Below, piece after piece: positions 19,715 to 29,654 of a stretch of DNA of 64,000 nucleotides (its first letter is position 1; each line of letters begins with the position of its first letter). Under the pieces are notes generated by a model. The model was given only the letters and a program-made list of their open reading frames with translations. It searched no databases and was not told the origin of the DNA. Location of the stretch: positions 53,861 through 117,860 of the forward strand of contig JBNPEH010000029.1 of the NCBI GenBank assembly GCA_051117635.1. The letters are read 5' to 3'. The stretch comes from Opitutales bacterium. GTDB lineage: Bacteria; Verrucomicrobiota; Verrucomicrobiia; Opitutales; JABSRG01. The position numbers and the translations under genes are program-made.

Positions 19715-20153
19715 GGGTGTCGATGATCCCGGTGACCGGGCCGTCGTTGTGTGCCTCGATCTGCATGTCGGCTCCGAAGCGACCCCAGGCAAGGGGACGC
19801 CCCAGCTCGGCCTCCAGTAACCGCCCGGTCCGTTCATACAGGGGCACGGCCCGGTCGGGCCCGGCGGACCGATTGAAGGACGGACGGGTCCCCTTCCGCA
19901 GGTTGCCATACAACGTGAATTGGCTGATCAGCAAAATCTCGCCGTCGATATCGCGGACGGACCGGTTCATCTGGCCCGCCGCGTCGGGAAAGATGCGCAC
20001 CTGCACCAGCTTGCCGGCCAGCCAGGACGCTTCCGCCTCCGTATCCTCCCGATGAATACCGAGGAATACCAGCAGGCCCGGGCCGATCTCACCCGTCACC
20101 GCTCCGTCGACCCGGCAGGCGGCCCGTTTCACCCGTTGGTAGACAACACGCAT
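19698..20153 (-). CDS. dtd: D-aminoacyl-tRNA deacylase
   Basis: MRVVYQRV, SQFTL, GRFGADM, NDGPVT (true start inside the longer ORF). Confidence 0.95.
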   Translation of the reverse strand: MRVVYQRVKRAACRVDGAVTGEIGPGLLVFLGIHREDTEAEASWLAGKLVQVRIFPDAAGQMNRSVRDIDGEILLISQFTLYGNLRKGTRPSFNRSAGPDRAVPLYERTGRLLEAELGRPLAWGRFGADMQIEAHNDGPVTGIIDTHDKRF

Positions 20154-21031
20154 CAGGGCGTGAGCAAGGCAAGCGCCAGGGCCACGGTCAACAGGCAGGC
20201 ACCGGCCAGCCGCAGAATCAGGATATGCCGGGGTGCGCTGGCTTCGCGGTTTTGCAGCCAGGCCCCCAACAGCACCACCAGGACCAGACTCCAGATGCCC
20301 CGCGAGCTGTAGAGCACATTGGCACGTGTCGCTTCGCCGAAGACCGCCATGGCGGTGCCGAGCAACAGGGCCTGGCCGGCCATGACGCCCGCACCCCCCA
20401 GCAGCCAGGGCCAGCCGGCGGCCTCGATCGCGCGCAGCGGTTCCCGGAATAAGGGAATGAGCCCGAAAGACAGCAGACCGACGGCACCGAAGAGCAGGCC
20501 CAGGAAGGCAAAGGGGCTGAAGGTGGCACCCCAGGCGCCCACCATGCTGTCCGTTGCCCCAAAGGTAACGGAGGCGATCAGGGCCAGGGCGACCGCCGGG
20601 GCCGTACCCTTGTTCGAGCGGATATCGCCACAGCTGAGGAGAAAGATGGCGATCATGGCGAGGACGACCGCCAGCCACAGCGAGGGATCGGGCATGACCC
20701 GGAAAAACAGCGCCGACCCCAGGCCGACGAAGAGTGGCTTTGTCCCCATGATCGGGGTGACCACCGAGGTGTCCCCCGCCCGTATCGCCAGAAAGGTGAA
20801 AATCTGACCGCCCATGAAACCCAGCGCCGCCAACAGCGGTTGCCAGGCCTGCGCCCAGGGAATATCCCGTGCCGCAAACAGGAGCAGGCAGCACCCGATC
20901 AGGCCCTTGGCCAGGTTGGCGACGAAGAGCGACCGGACTGTGCCGACCCCGTGGGCCATGGCGCGTTTCACCAACATCACACTGAAGGCGTAGCCGACAG
21001 CGGCGATTAGAGGGAGGAGGGTCGACCACAT
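20153..21031 (-). CDS. DMT/EamA-family transporter
   Basis: About 10 TM segments in two EamA-like halves. Confidence 0.8.
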   Translation of the reverse strand: MWSTLLPLIAAVGYAFSVMLVKRAMAHGVGTVRSLFVANLAKGLIGCCLLLFAARDIPWAQAWQPLLAALGFMGGQIFTFLAIRAGDTSVVTPIMGTKPLFVGLGSALFFRVMPDPSLWLAVVLAMIAIFLLSCGDIRSNKGTAPAVALALIASVTFGATDSMVGAWGATFSPFAFLGLLFGAVGLLSFGLIPLFREPLRAIEAAGWPWLLGGAGVMAGQALLLGTAMAVFGEATRANVLYSSRGIWSLVLVVLLGAWLQNREASAPRHILILRLAGACLLTVALALALLTP

Positions 21032-21045
21032 GGGATTCCTTCGTG

Positions 21046-22317
21046 TTACAGACGGCCCTCCCCGCTGAGTCGGGCCAGGACGGCTTCACCCGCGCGCCGC
21101 CCCGAGGCCAGGGCCCCGTTTAACGAGCCCGATTCCCGGTAGTCCCCACACACATACAGGCCCTCTTCCGTTACGACGGGCAGCTCACCCGGCACGAGGT
21201 GCCCCGGTTCCTGCACCGGCAGGGCTTCCGGCACGGAACAGGTGGCCAGGTGCCGCCAACCGCTGACTGGATCATGCCCAAACCAGCGGGTCAGTTGGTC
21301 GCGGACAGCACGCAGCCCGGCGGGCGAATCGAGCGTCCCGGCGTGCCTTATCACCGACACCGCAATCAGCGACCGATGATCCGGGCTGTAGCCGGGTTGC
21401 ACATCCGTCAGCACGGCCAGGGTATTGACCGGCCCCGCCCCTTCCCCGTTCAGGACAAGCACCGGCTCATCGAGGGGCGACCGTTCGGCGGCAAAGTAGA
21501 CCACTGCCGTGCCGCGCATGGGTGGCTCCGTTAGCCCGCGAAGCCGGGCCGCCGAGCGCGGATCGACCGCCAGGACGACGGCGGATCCGGACAGTTCCCG
21601 GCCATCGGCCAGGACAATGCCGTCGGGACGAACCCGGACGACCGGTCGATGAAGGTGAATGCGATCCGGATCCAGCCGCCCGGCGAGTTGATCGGACAGC
21701 GAACCGATGCCTTCGGCCGGGAGCGTCGCCTCCCCCTGGCTGAACATCCGGAAAACGAAACACATCATCCGGGCCGAGGTGGCGAGTTCGGGATCGAGAA
21801 AAATCCCGCCAAAGAACGGACGGAAAAATCGCTCGATCATCGTTTCCGAAAAGCCACGGGCGCGCAATTCCCCGAGGGCGGACCGATCGGCTCCACGCCA
21901 GGGTGTATCCGCCGTACCACGACACACGCCATGACGGAAAAGGCCGATCCGCATTTTGTCGGCAAGCGTGCCGACGTCGGCCCGGAGGGTCGCCCCAAGG
22001 TTATTCGGATCGCGCCAGGGGTCGGAAACCCGATGGAAGCGACCGCCGGCCCGGACACGGGCCCCGGGAAGAAAGCCGCCCAGTCGCAGTGCCCCGTAAT
22101 CGAAAAGCGGGCGGGCCTCCGGGTAGGCGGTCAGAAACACCTGGAAGCCACGGTCGAGCAAAAAGCCGTCGGCCTGGCGGTCGGTCCGGACGCGCCCGCC
22201 CCACCCGTCCGAGGCTTCAAACAGCCGATAGCGCGCCCCTGCCGCTTCCAACAGGGCGGCACAGCGCAGGCCGGCCAGTCCCCCGCCGACGATGAGGATC
22301 TCATCTGGTTCACCCAT
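21046..22317 (-). CDS. FAD-dependent oxidoreductase (amine oxidase family)
   Basis: GGGLAG, GGRVRT, DRGFQVF, CGDY...S.NGAL.SG. Confidence 0.88.
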   Translation of the reverse strand: MGEPDEILIVGGGLAGLRCAALLEAAGARYRLFEASDGWGGRVRTDRQADGFLLDRGFQVFLTAYPEARPLFDYGALRLGGFLPGARVRAGGRFHRVSDPWRDPNNLGATLRADVGTLADKMRIGLFRHGVCRGTADTPWRGADRSALGELRARGFSETMIERFFRPFFGGIFLDPELATSARMMCFVFRMFSQGEATLPAEGIGSLSDQLAGRLDPDRIHLHRPVVRVRPDGIVLADGRELSGSAVVLAVDPRSAARLRGLTEPPMRGTAVVYFAAERSPLDEPVLVLNGEGAGPVNTLAVLTDVQPGYSPDHRSLIAVSVIRHAGTLDSPAGLRAVRDQLTRWFGHDPVSGWRHLATCSVPEALPVQEPGHLVPGELPVVTEEGLYVCGDYRESGSLNGALASGRRAGEAVLARLSGEGRL

Positions 22318-22332
22318 GGCGGGTCGCTCCGA

Positions 22333-23313
22333 TCAAAAGAACTCGATCAGGTGGCCGGCGGCTTCGAGCCCGGAGACGGCGGCGGTTTCGAGCCGGGGCC
22401 CGCCGAAGCCGTCACCCGCCAGCATCAGGTTATGCCGCCGACTGAACATAAAAGGAGCCTCGATGGGTGTGATGGGCGTCGTGAAGCCCCAACGGTGACA
22501 CTGCGTTTCGGTTGCCTTTGCCTTCAGGTAGGGTTCCGCGGCCTTGAGCATCGGGGGAATCCGTTCCTCGTCCGGGCTGTCCCAGTGCTTGTCGCCGAAA
22601 GCATAGGAACTGTGGATGGTGACGGCCGGTTGCTTCGGGGAAATGCCCTTCATCTGATTGTCCGCGATCCAGGTGATGACGGGATCATCATGAACTTTTT
22701 TGCCGCCGTGATAGGGCAGGCCGCTGGGACCATCCAACAGCGCCAGCACCGAAAGCGAACGCTGGTACCGAATCTCGGAAAGAATGGTTCGTTTGCTGTC
22801 AGTCAGTTCGATGTTGCTGCCGTCGATCAGTTCGAGCGCCTGCGGGACCGGGGCGGTAATGAGCAGAAAGGGAGCGTCGAAGGTGGATCCGTTGCCGCAG
22901 GTTACCTGCCACTGGCCGTTCTCAAAATGAATCTCCCGCACCTTGTGCTGCTTGTGGACCTCAAGCCCCTCCGCCAGGTGCTTGGCGATGGTGGTCATGC
23001 CATTCGTGCCGATGTAACGTGGATGCCCCACTTCGCTGCTCTCCTCCGGAAACCGGGTAAACCACTCTTTCACGATCCCGCTGTTCTCCCAGGCCTCGAC
23101 CCAGCCGGAGAAGATGTTGTTGCGCACCGTGAAATACTGGGCGCCGTGATCGATGACCGCGTCACCAACCCGCCGGGTGGCCATGCGACCGCCCACGCCG
23201 CGGCCTTTTTCCAGGACCACGGGATGGATGCCATGCTTTTTGAGGACGGTCGCGGCCAGCAGACCGGAAATACCGGCCCCGATGACAATGCAGGAGGTTT
23301 CGGAAGGAGCCAT
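22333..23313 (-). CDS. Renalase-like NAD(P)/FAD-dependent oxidoreductase
   Basis: GAGISG, EKGRGVGGRMATRR, DHGAQYFT, HRW, AGD. Confidence 0.88.
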   Translation of the reverse strand: MAPSETSCIVIGAGISGLLAATVLKKHGIHPVVLEKGRGVGGRMATRRVGDAVIDHGAQYFTVRNNIFSGWVEAWENSGIVKEWFTRFPEESSEVGHPRYIGTNGMTTIAKHLAEGLEVHKQHKVREIHFENGQWQVTCGNGSTFDAPFLLITAPVPQALELIDGSNIELTDSKRTILSEIRYQRSLSVLALLDGPSGLPYHGGKKVHDDPVITWIADNQMKGISPKQPAVTIHSSYAFGDKHWDSPDEERIPPMLKAAEPYLKAKATETQCHRWGFTTPITPIEAPFMFSRRHNLMLAGDGFGGPRLETAAVSGLEAAGHLIEFF

Positions 23314-23343
23314 GAAAATCAGGGGTATTCAGGTAATGGATAC

Positions 23344-24708
23344 CTAAGCGTCCGGAGCAGCGCGACCGAGCAAATGCGCCAATGCGGGCTTTAGCGAACC
23401 GTAGGTAAAGCCATACCCGGATTCCAGCAACTTTTTCGGCCGTACCGGCAGGTCGGCCAGCAGGGTCTCTTCCGCCATTTGCCCCAGAACCAGACGCAAG
23501 CCAATGGCCGGCACGGGCAGGATCGCGGGGCGATGAAGCACCCGGCCCAGTTGCCGGGCAAACTCGCGCTGGGGCGGCGATTCCGGCGCCACCGCATTGA
23601 CCGGCCCCTCCAGCTCGCGGTGAAACAGGATATGTTGCACCGCGGCGACCAGGTCATCGATCGCGATCCAGGCGAAGCGTTGTTTTCCGTCGCCCAGAGG
23701 CCCTCCCAGCCCGGCCTGGAAGGCAGGCAACATCAGGTTGAGCGCCCCGCCCGCAGCCGAAAGCACCACACCCGTCCGCAGAAACACCGTGCGTATGCCG
23801 GCCTGGCGGGCCGGGTCCGCCGCCCCCTCCCAGTCCGCGCAGACATCGGCCAGGAAACCCTCCCCGCGCGAGGCCGATTCATCCACCGGTTCTTTCAACC
23901 GGTGGCCATAGGCATTGGCCCCGGAAGCACAGATGAAAACCTGATCCTTACGGCCGACATCGGCCAGCGTCCGGGCGAGCAGGGCCGTGGTCGTGACCCG
24001 GCTGTCGCGAATAGCCTTGCGCTTGGCCCGGGTCCAACGGCCCAGGAGGTTTTCCCCCGCGAGGTGAAGGACGACGTCAGCCCGGGCAATCAGAGCGACG
24101 GGTACTCGACCGCGCTCGGGATCCCATTGCACCCGGTCGGGGCCGTCCCGGCGGGAAAGCCAGACCACCTGATGACCCTGAGCGCGCAGGAAGGCGGTGA
24201 GGTGCCGGCCAACGAGCCCGCTACCCCCACTGATGACGATTTCCTTGCGGGGCTCGGCCCTGAAGGCCTGCCACTGGACAAGATCCTGCCGGGTGGTTGC
24301 CTGCCGGTACCGGAACAGACGCTCCAGCTTTCCGCGCAGGATCCGGTCACCGAATCGTCCGAGTGGGCCTTCCACCTCAAGCCGATCCTGCAGGATACTC
24401 GTGCCGGGATCGGTGCCGGGTAGAAAACGGTGCTCATGGCGCCAGTGTCTGAACGGCCCCTGAATCTGCTCGTCCACGAAGCGGCTTCCAGGCTCGCAGA
24501 CCGTATGTTCAAACCGCATGCGGGGACGGATCGGGCCGATGCCCGCCCGAACGATGGCACGTGCCCCCACTTCCAGGCCCTCGGGGGGCTCGATGACCGT
24601 GACCGGATCCCACGGTGGGTTCAGCCGGTAAAAGGCGCCGGGACGGCTATGCCATTGATAGGCTTCCTGAGCAAGGACCGGCAGGGGGGTGCTGCGGACA
24701 AATTCCAT
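23344..24708 (-). CDS. SRPBCC domain fused to TIGR01777-type NAD-dependent epimerase
   Basis: WHSRPGAF.RL.PPW and GPF..W.H.H.F, then SGGSGLVG, HLAGE, WE, LRTGVVL. Confidence 0.88.
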   Translation of the reverse strand: MEFVRSTPLPVLAQEAYQWHSRPGAFYRLNPPWDPVTVIEPPEGLEVGARAIVRAGIGPIRPRMRFEHTVCEPGSRFVDEQIQGPFRHWRHEHRFLPGTDPGTSILQDRLEVEGPLGRFGDRILRGKLERLFRYRQATTRQDLVQWQAFRAEPRKEIVISGGSGLVGRHLTAFLRAQGHQVVWLSRRDGPDRVQWDPERGRVPVALIARADVVLHLAGENLLGRWTRAKRKAIRDSRVTTTALLARTLADVGRKDQVFICASGANAYGHRLKEPVDESASRGEGFLADVCADWEGAADPARQAGIRTVFLRTGVVLSAAGGALNLMLPAFQAGLGGPLGDGKQRFAWIAIDDLVAAVQHILFHRELEGPVNAVAPESPPQREFARQLGRVLHRPAILPVPAIGLRLVLGQMAEETLLADLPVRPKKLLESGYGFTYGSLKPALAHLLGRAAPDA

Positions 24709-24714
24709 CAGATC

Positions 24715-26295
24715 TCAGGACGGGCAAAGGGTTTGTGCGGCCGGGTCCTTTCGAATCGCGCGGGCGCGGCTCCGGATCGCCTGTTTCTCATCCTGATCCA
24801 GGCGGTTGATATTCCGGACTTGAAGGCTCATGCGGTGATTGTCGCGCAACCGATCCTCGTGACGCAACAGGAAGTCCCAGTAGAGTGTTGTGAAGGGGCA
24901 GGCTTGCTCACCGGTACGCCTGGCCGGATTGAATCGGCACTCGGAGCAGTAGTTACTCATGCGCTGGATATATTTACCCGTCGCGATGTAAGGTTTCGAC
25001 GCCATCAGGCCGCCGTCACCGTACTGGGACATCCCGAGGGTGTTGGGGAGCGTCACCCATTCGACCGCGTCTACGTAGACTGCCAAATACCAGCCCTCCA
25101 TTTCCTGCGGGGACACCCCCAGCATCAGGCCGTACAGGCCGGTGACCATCAGACGCTGGATGTGATGGGCGTAGGCATGCTCGAGGGTCTGCCCGATGCA
25201 TTCGCGCAGGCAGACCATTGGCGTATCGCCGGTCCAGTAAAAGTCAGGCAGGGTCTCATCGGCATCGAGACCATTACGTTTGAGGTATTCCGGCATGAAG
25301 CGCCAGTAGATGCCCCGGACGTATTCCCGCCAGCCGAGAATCTGCCGGATGAATCCCTCAACGGCGGCCAGCGGGGCGTCCCCTTGTTGCCACGCCTTCT
25401 CCGCAGCGCCAATGACGTCCCGGGGATCGAGCAGTTTCAGGTTCAGCGAGGAAGCGATGAGCGAATGATAGAGGAAGGGCTGCCCGGTCCACATCGCGTC
25501 CTGGTACTGGCCGAAGGTCGGCAACCGGTCACGGATGAATGCCTTCAGGGCCTGCTGGGCCTGCCCGGGTGTCACGGGCCAGCGAAAGGATTCCAGGCTC
25601 CCCGGGTGATCGCCGAAGTGGCGTTCGACATCCGTCAGGACGGCCCGGGTTACGGCGTCCGGTTTGAAAAAAGGTGGATCCGGCAGATCACCCGGGCCCT
25701 TATTTCCGAAGCTGTCGCGATTCGCCTTGTCGTAGTTCCAGTTTCCGCCGGTCGGCTGGAGCCTGTCCTTGTCGTCTTTTTCCATGAGGACGCCATGCGC
25801 TTTGCGCATCTCGCGGTAGAAAAATTCCATCCGCAGCGACTTGCGGCCCTCGACGTGGCTGTCGAAAGCCTCGGGCGAGCAGAAGAAGTGCCTGTCTTCC
25901 CGGATTTCCAACGGGATATCGGCCTGGCCGCAGACCGTTTCCAGGCCCTTTCGGATGCGGTACTCACCCGGCAGCGTCGCGATCACTCGCTCAACCAGTC
26001 CCTTCTCAAAGAAGGCCAGCAGCTGAGCCGACAGCTTCCCGGTGTTTTCGCCATCGCCGATGGTCGTGTACCACACCCTGATGCCATCCGCTTCCAGATC
26101 GTTCCGGAAGTGGCGCATGGCACTGAAAAACAGGGCAATGCGTTGCTTGTGCGACCAGGCGTAGTTCGCCTCGGCCGCAACCTCCGCCAGCCAGACCGCG
26201 TCCCGGTCGGGGTCGAACCCGTCGAAGGCCGAAGCGTCACGGTTCAACTGGTCGCCAAAGACGACGATCAGGTTTCGAATGGTTTTCCGGGCCAT
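24715..26295 (-). CDS. FeS-BCP cryptochrome/(6-4) photolyase (PhrB-like)
   Basis: GDQL, HKQRI, GGNWNYD, HHIQRLMV, Cys ligands MVC...YC..C...ACPF. Confidence 0.92.
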   Translation of the reverse strand: MARKTIRNLIVVFGDQLNRDASAFDGFDPDRDAVWLAEVAAEANYAWSHKQRIALFFSAMRHFRNDLEADGIRVWYTTIGDGENTGKLSAQLLAFFEKGLVERVIATLPGEYRIRKGLETVCGQADIPLEIREDRHFFCSPEAFDSHVEGRKSLRMEFFYREMRKAHGVLMEKDDKDRLQPTGGNWNYDKANRDSFGNKGPGDLPDPPFFKPDAVTRAVLTDVERHFGDHPGSLESFRWPVTPGQAQQALKAFIRDRLPTFGQYQDAMWTGQPFLYHSLIASSLNLKLLDPRDVIGAAEKAWQQGDAPLAAVEGFIRQILGWREYVRGIYWRFMPEYLKRNGLDADETLPDFYWTGDTPMVCLRECIGQTLEHAYAHHIQRLMVTGLYGLMLGVSPQEMEGWYLAVYVDAVEWVTLPNTLGMSQYGDGGLMASKPYIATGKYIQRMSNYCSECRFNPARRTGEQACPFTTLYWDFLLRHEDRLRDNHRMSLQVRNINRLDQDEKQAIRSRARAIRKDPAAQTLCPS

Positions 26296-26299
26296 GGCG

Positions 26300-27733
26300 T
26301 CAGGCTTTCATTTTTTCGAGTGCCGCCAGCGCCCGTTCACGCCCGGCCCTGTGCTCGATGATGGGCTCCGGATAGGTATCCCCCAGCTGGATACCCGCCT
26401 CTTCCAGAACATGGCCGGGCGTCTCCCAGGGCTGATGGATGTGAGGAGGGGCCAGCCTGGCCAACTCCGGGACCCACCGCTTGATGTAGGCCCCCTCGGG
26501 ATCGAACTTCTCTCCCTGAATGATGGGGTTGAACACCCGGAAATACGGGGCGGCATCCGCACCGCACCCGGCTCCCCATTGCCAGTTCAGGGTGTTGCTG
26601 GCCAGATCGGCGTCGACCAGCGTGTCCCAGAACCAACGCGCACCGTCCTGCCATGGCTGCAGCAGGTGTTTCACGAGCAGCGAGCAGACCACCATGCGCA
26701 CCCGGTTGTGCATCCAACCAATGGCGTACAGTTGGCGCATGCCGGCGTCGACGATGGGATAGCCCGTCCGACCCTGCTGCCAGGCCTCGAGCGCCTTCTT
26801 GTCCGTTTCCCACGGGAAATCGCGGTAGGCCTCGCGCAGCGGATGCTCCGGCGTCTTGGGAAAATGGAACAGGACATGTGCCGCGAACTCGCGCCAGACA
26901 AGTTCCCGGAGGAATGCCTGCGCCCCTTTTTTCGCGCTGTGATCACTCTCCCGGACAGCTTGCCACACCTGGCGGGGACCGATCAGGCCCCAGTGCAGGT
27001 AGGGGGACAGGTGCGAGGTGTCGTCATAGTCCGGACGGTTCCGGTGATCGTCGTAGGCCTGGATGCCGTCTTTGCAATACCGGCGAAGGCGCGTGATCGC
27101 GGCCTGCTCGGAAACGGTCCAGAAAGCCGCCATTTTTTCGTACCAGGGAATCACCGGCATCAGGCCCAGCGCATCCAGCTTTGTCCCATCCGGCCAGCCG
27201 GCCGGATGGGACCAGACGGCGTAAGGGGTCTCGACGGGTTTCGGAACGGAACGCTCCTTCACATTGCGCCAATAGGGCGTGTAGACCTGATAGGGTTTTC
27301 CCTCGTTGGTCGCTACCGTCTGCGGTTCGAAAAGCAAGCTGCTGTTGAAACTCGTTGCTTCGATACCGTCCTCCTTCAGGGCGCGCTTGACCTCGCTGTC
27401 ACGGGAAACGGCCGACGGCTCGTATCGACGATTCCAATACACAGCCTCCGCTCCGGCTTTCCGGATCAACAGACGCAGCGCCAGGAGCGCTTCACCCTCG
27501 GCCAGAACCAGGCGGGACCCGCGGCCCCTCAGGTCATCGTCGAGGCTTTGCAGCGCCTGATGCAGCCACCAGCGCGCCGCCCCACCCGGCACCCAGCCAC
27601 CTTCCTCATCGGGAGACCAGATGTAAACCGGGATGACCGGACGGCCCGAGTCGATTGCTGCGGCCAGGGCCTGGTTGTCCTGCAGACGCAGGTCCTGACG
27701 GAACCAGACAAGAACGGGAGCAGTGGCAGGCAT
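26300..27733 (-). CDS. Deoxyribodipyrimidine (CPD) photolyase
   Basis: WFRQDLRLQDN, TSHLSPYL, GRTGYPIVDAGMRQL, WMHNRVRM, PYFRVFNP. Confidence 0.95.
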   Translation of the reverse strand: MPATAPVLVWFRQDLRLQDNQALAAAIDSGRPVIPVYIWSPDEEGGWVPGGAARWWLHQALQSLDDDLRGRGSRLVLAEGEALLALRLLIRKAGAEAVYWNRRYEPSAVSRDSEVKRALKEDGIEATSFNSSLLFEPQTVATNEGKPYQVYTPYWRNVKERSVPKPVETPYAVWSHPAGWPDGTKLDALGLMPVIPWYEKMAAFWTVSEQAAITRLRRYCKDGIQAYDDHRNRPDYDDTSHLSPYLHWGLIGPRQVWQAVRESDHSAKKGAQAFLRELVWREFAAHVLFHFPKTPEHPLREAYRDFPWETDKKALEAWQQGRTGYPIVDAGMRQLYAIGWMHNRVRMVVCSLLVKHLLQPWQDGARWFWDTLVDADLASNTLNWQWGAGCGADAAPYFRVFNPIIQGEKFDPEGAYIKRWVPELARLAPPHIHQPWETPGHVLEEAGIQLGDTYPEPIIEHRAGRERALAALEKMKA

Positions 27734-27840
27734 GGGACACGGTTGTTCCTGAATGCACCGCCCGCAAGGGAGACCCTGCATTTCAAAGTCTTCCGCCGGT
27801 GTCATTGGCACCCGACCCTCTTCGGCGCAGGGATCGCACC

Positions 27841-27876
27841 AAAAAAGACCGCCGGGAGACGGACTCCCGGCGGCTT
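27841..27876 (-). terminator. Intrinsic terminator about 110 bp upstream of the photolyase gene
   Basis: CCGCCGGGAG-loop-CTCCCGGCGG followed by TCTTTTTT on the minus strand. Confidence 0.8.
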
Positions 27877-28000
27877 ACCTGCTACTACTACCTGATTGTG
27901 AACGGTCGGCCTCGCGGCCAACCGGTCCTCGTTTGAGAACAGGGGCTACGATACCGGATTCGGCGGCGGCTGGCTATAGGGCTGAAGCCCCAACTCACCC
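27841..28000 (-). ncRNA. Candidate sRNA or attenuator leader
   Basis: About 160-nt non-coding stretch between two terminators, with several stems and no credible ORF. Confidence 0.35.
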
Positions 28001-28034
28001 GGTTAGGTTACCTATTTTCCGTAAAGGCGTTATG

Positions 28035-28067
28035 AAAGAAGAAGCCCCGCCGGCAAAGCGACGGGGC
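28035..28067 (-). terminator. cysK terminator
   Basis: GCCCCG...CGGGGC stem followed by TTCTTCTTT on the minus strand. Confidence 0.7.
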
Positions 28068-28094
28068 CTGAATGAATCAATCCGGTCAAAGCCT

Positions 28095-29051
28095 TCAGCC
28101 AGCGGTCGCGGCAGCCGCCTCGGTGCGCGCTTTTTCGGCAAGGGGTGTGCTCAGGTAGCGCTCGCCAAAGCTGCAACCGACGGTGACGATCAGCTTGCCC
28201 TTCATTTCGGGGCGCCTGGCGAGTTCCATGGCTGCAAAGACATTGGCACCGGTGGAAATACCGCCCAGAATACCGTCCTTTTCGGCAAGCGCCTGAGCCG
28301 TTTCAAAGGCATCTTCATTGGAAACCTTGATGACGTCGTCGATGATGTCCGTATTGCAGTTCTTCGGGATAAAGCCGGCCCCGATGCCCTGAATCTTGTG
28401 CGGACCGGGCTGCCCGCCCGAGATGACCGGGCTGGCTTCGGGTTCGACCGCCACCGAGTACAGGTCCTTGCGACTTTTGATGACCTCGGAAACGCCGGTG
28501 ATCGTGCCGCCGGTGCCGACTCCCGAGACAAAAGCGTCGATTTTTCCTTCGGTCGCTTCCCAGATTTCTTCGGCTGTCGTCCTGCGGTGCACCTCGGGAT
28601 TAGCCGGGTTTTCAAACTGTTGCGGCATGAAGGCGGCGGCGCCGTGCTCCTCCAGTAGCTCCTGCGCGCGGGCGATGGCGCCGGGCATGCCTTTCGGGCC
28701 GGGCGTCAAAACGATTTCCGCACCCAGCATGCGCAGCAGAACCCGGCGCTCCAGCGACATGGTCTCGGGCATAGTCAGAATACACCGGTAACCCTTGGCC
28801 GCGCAGACGAACGCCAGCGCAATGCCGGTGTTGCCGGAAGTCGGCTCGATCACGACGTAGCCGGGCTTCAGGGAGCCGTCCTTTTCGGCGGCCTCGATCA
28901 TGGACTTGCCGATGCGGTCCTTGACGCTGGCCAGGGGATTGAAGAACTCACCCTTCACGTAAATGTCGGCCTCCAGGCCTTCCGTCAGGTGGTTGATCTT
29001 GATGAGGGGGGTGTTGCCGACGGAGTCGACGATGTTCGGGAATGCTTTCAT
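28095..29051 (-). CDS. cysK: Cysteine synthase A
   Basis: NPLASVKDR (PLP lysine), [29 protein letters not shown]. Confidence 0.96.
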   Translation of the reverse strand: MKAFPNIVDSVGNTPLIKINHLTEGLEADIYVKGEFFNPLASVKDRIGKSMIEAAEKDGSLKPGYVVIEPTSGNTGIALAFVCAAKGYRCILTMPETMSLERRVLLRMLGAEIVLTPGPKGMPGAIARAQELLEEHGAAAFMPQQFENPANPEVHRRTTAEEIWEATEGKIDAFVSGVGTGGTITGVSEVIKSRKDLYSVAVEPEASPVISGGQPGPHKIQGIGAGFIPKNCNTDIIDDVIKVSNEDAFETAQALAEKDGILGGISTGANVFAAMELARRPEMKGKLIVTVGCSFGERYLSTPLAEKARTEAAAATAG

Positions 29052-29194
29052 GTCAGAACGGGGGTTGTGGGAACAGGAATGTTAGGTTTTTCAGGCGAGT
29101 TACCCGGATTAAGGGCATGGCGCAAGGGGAAAGCCTGAAGAACCCCTGCCGGTATTTCAAAATAAAGGAGCCCCCTTCACCGCATCTGAAAACC

Positions 29195-29222
29195 AAAAAA
29201 CCGCGTCGTGGGGACGCGGTTT
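29195..29222 (-). terminator. infA terminator
   Basis: AAACCGCGTC/GACGCGGTTT stem followed by a T-run on the minus strand. Confidence 0.75.
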
Positions 29223-29248
29223 CCGGAAAATCTTCGGGACAGGAAGGG

Positions 29249-29533
29249 TCAGCGACGCCGCCGCGGGCCATAGCTCCGGATGGGCGCATTGCGCTGCTGC
29301 TGATTGTTCCGCAGACGGTAGACAATCCGACCCTTCTCAAGATCTCGGGGACTCATCTCCATTTTCACGGTATCCCCCGTGGTAATCTTGATGAAGTGCT
29401 TGCGGAGTTTGCCGGAAATGTGGCCGAGGACCACATGGCCGTTGGGAAGTTCGACGCGGAACATGGTGCCGGGGAGTACCGCCACCACCTTGCCTTCGAC
29501 TTCTACATAATCTTCGTTCTGCGTTCGCGCCAT
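29249..29533 (-). CDS. infA: Translation initiation factor IF-1 with basic C-terminal tail
   Basis: [26 protein letters not shown]...I.I..GD.V..E.SP.DL.KGRI.YR. Confidence 0.93.
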   Translation of the reverse strand: MARTQNEDYVEVEGKVVAVLPGTMFRVELPNGHVVLGHISGKLRKHFIKITTGDTVKMEMSPRDLEKGRIVYRLRNNQQQRNAPIRSYGPRRRR

Positions 29534-29654
29534 ACAGGTTCGTTGAGCTGTTTACAAAAGGTTGGGTTTCAGGCATACCCTCACTGAAGTCAAGTAAACT
29601 GCCGAAGGCCCTGCCCGATTCCATTACCCTGTGCCGCTGGCTGTCCTCCTGCCC

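Noticed and set aside
19698-21089. 463-aa ORF, and similar long N-terminal extensions at 12174, 17098, 45512 and 46876
   Set aside because: The extensions overlap neighbouring genes; recognisable domains begin at downstream starts (20153, 12552, 16759, 45836, 47098)
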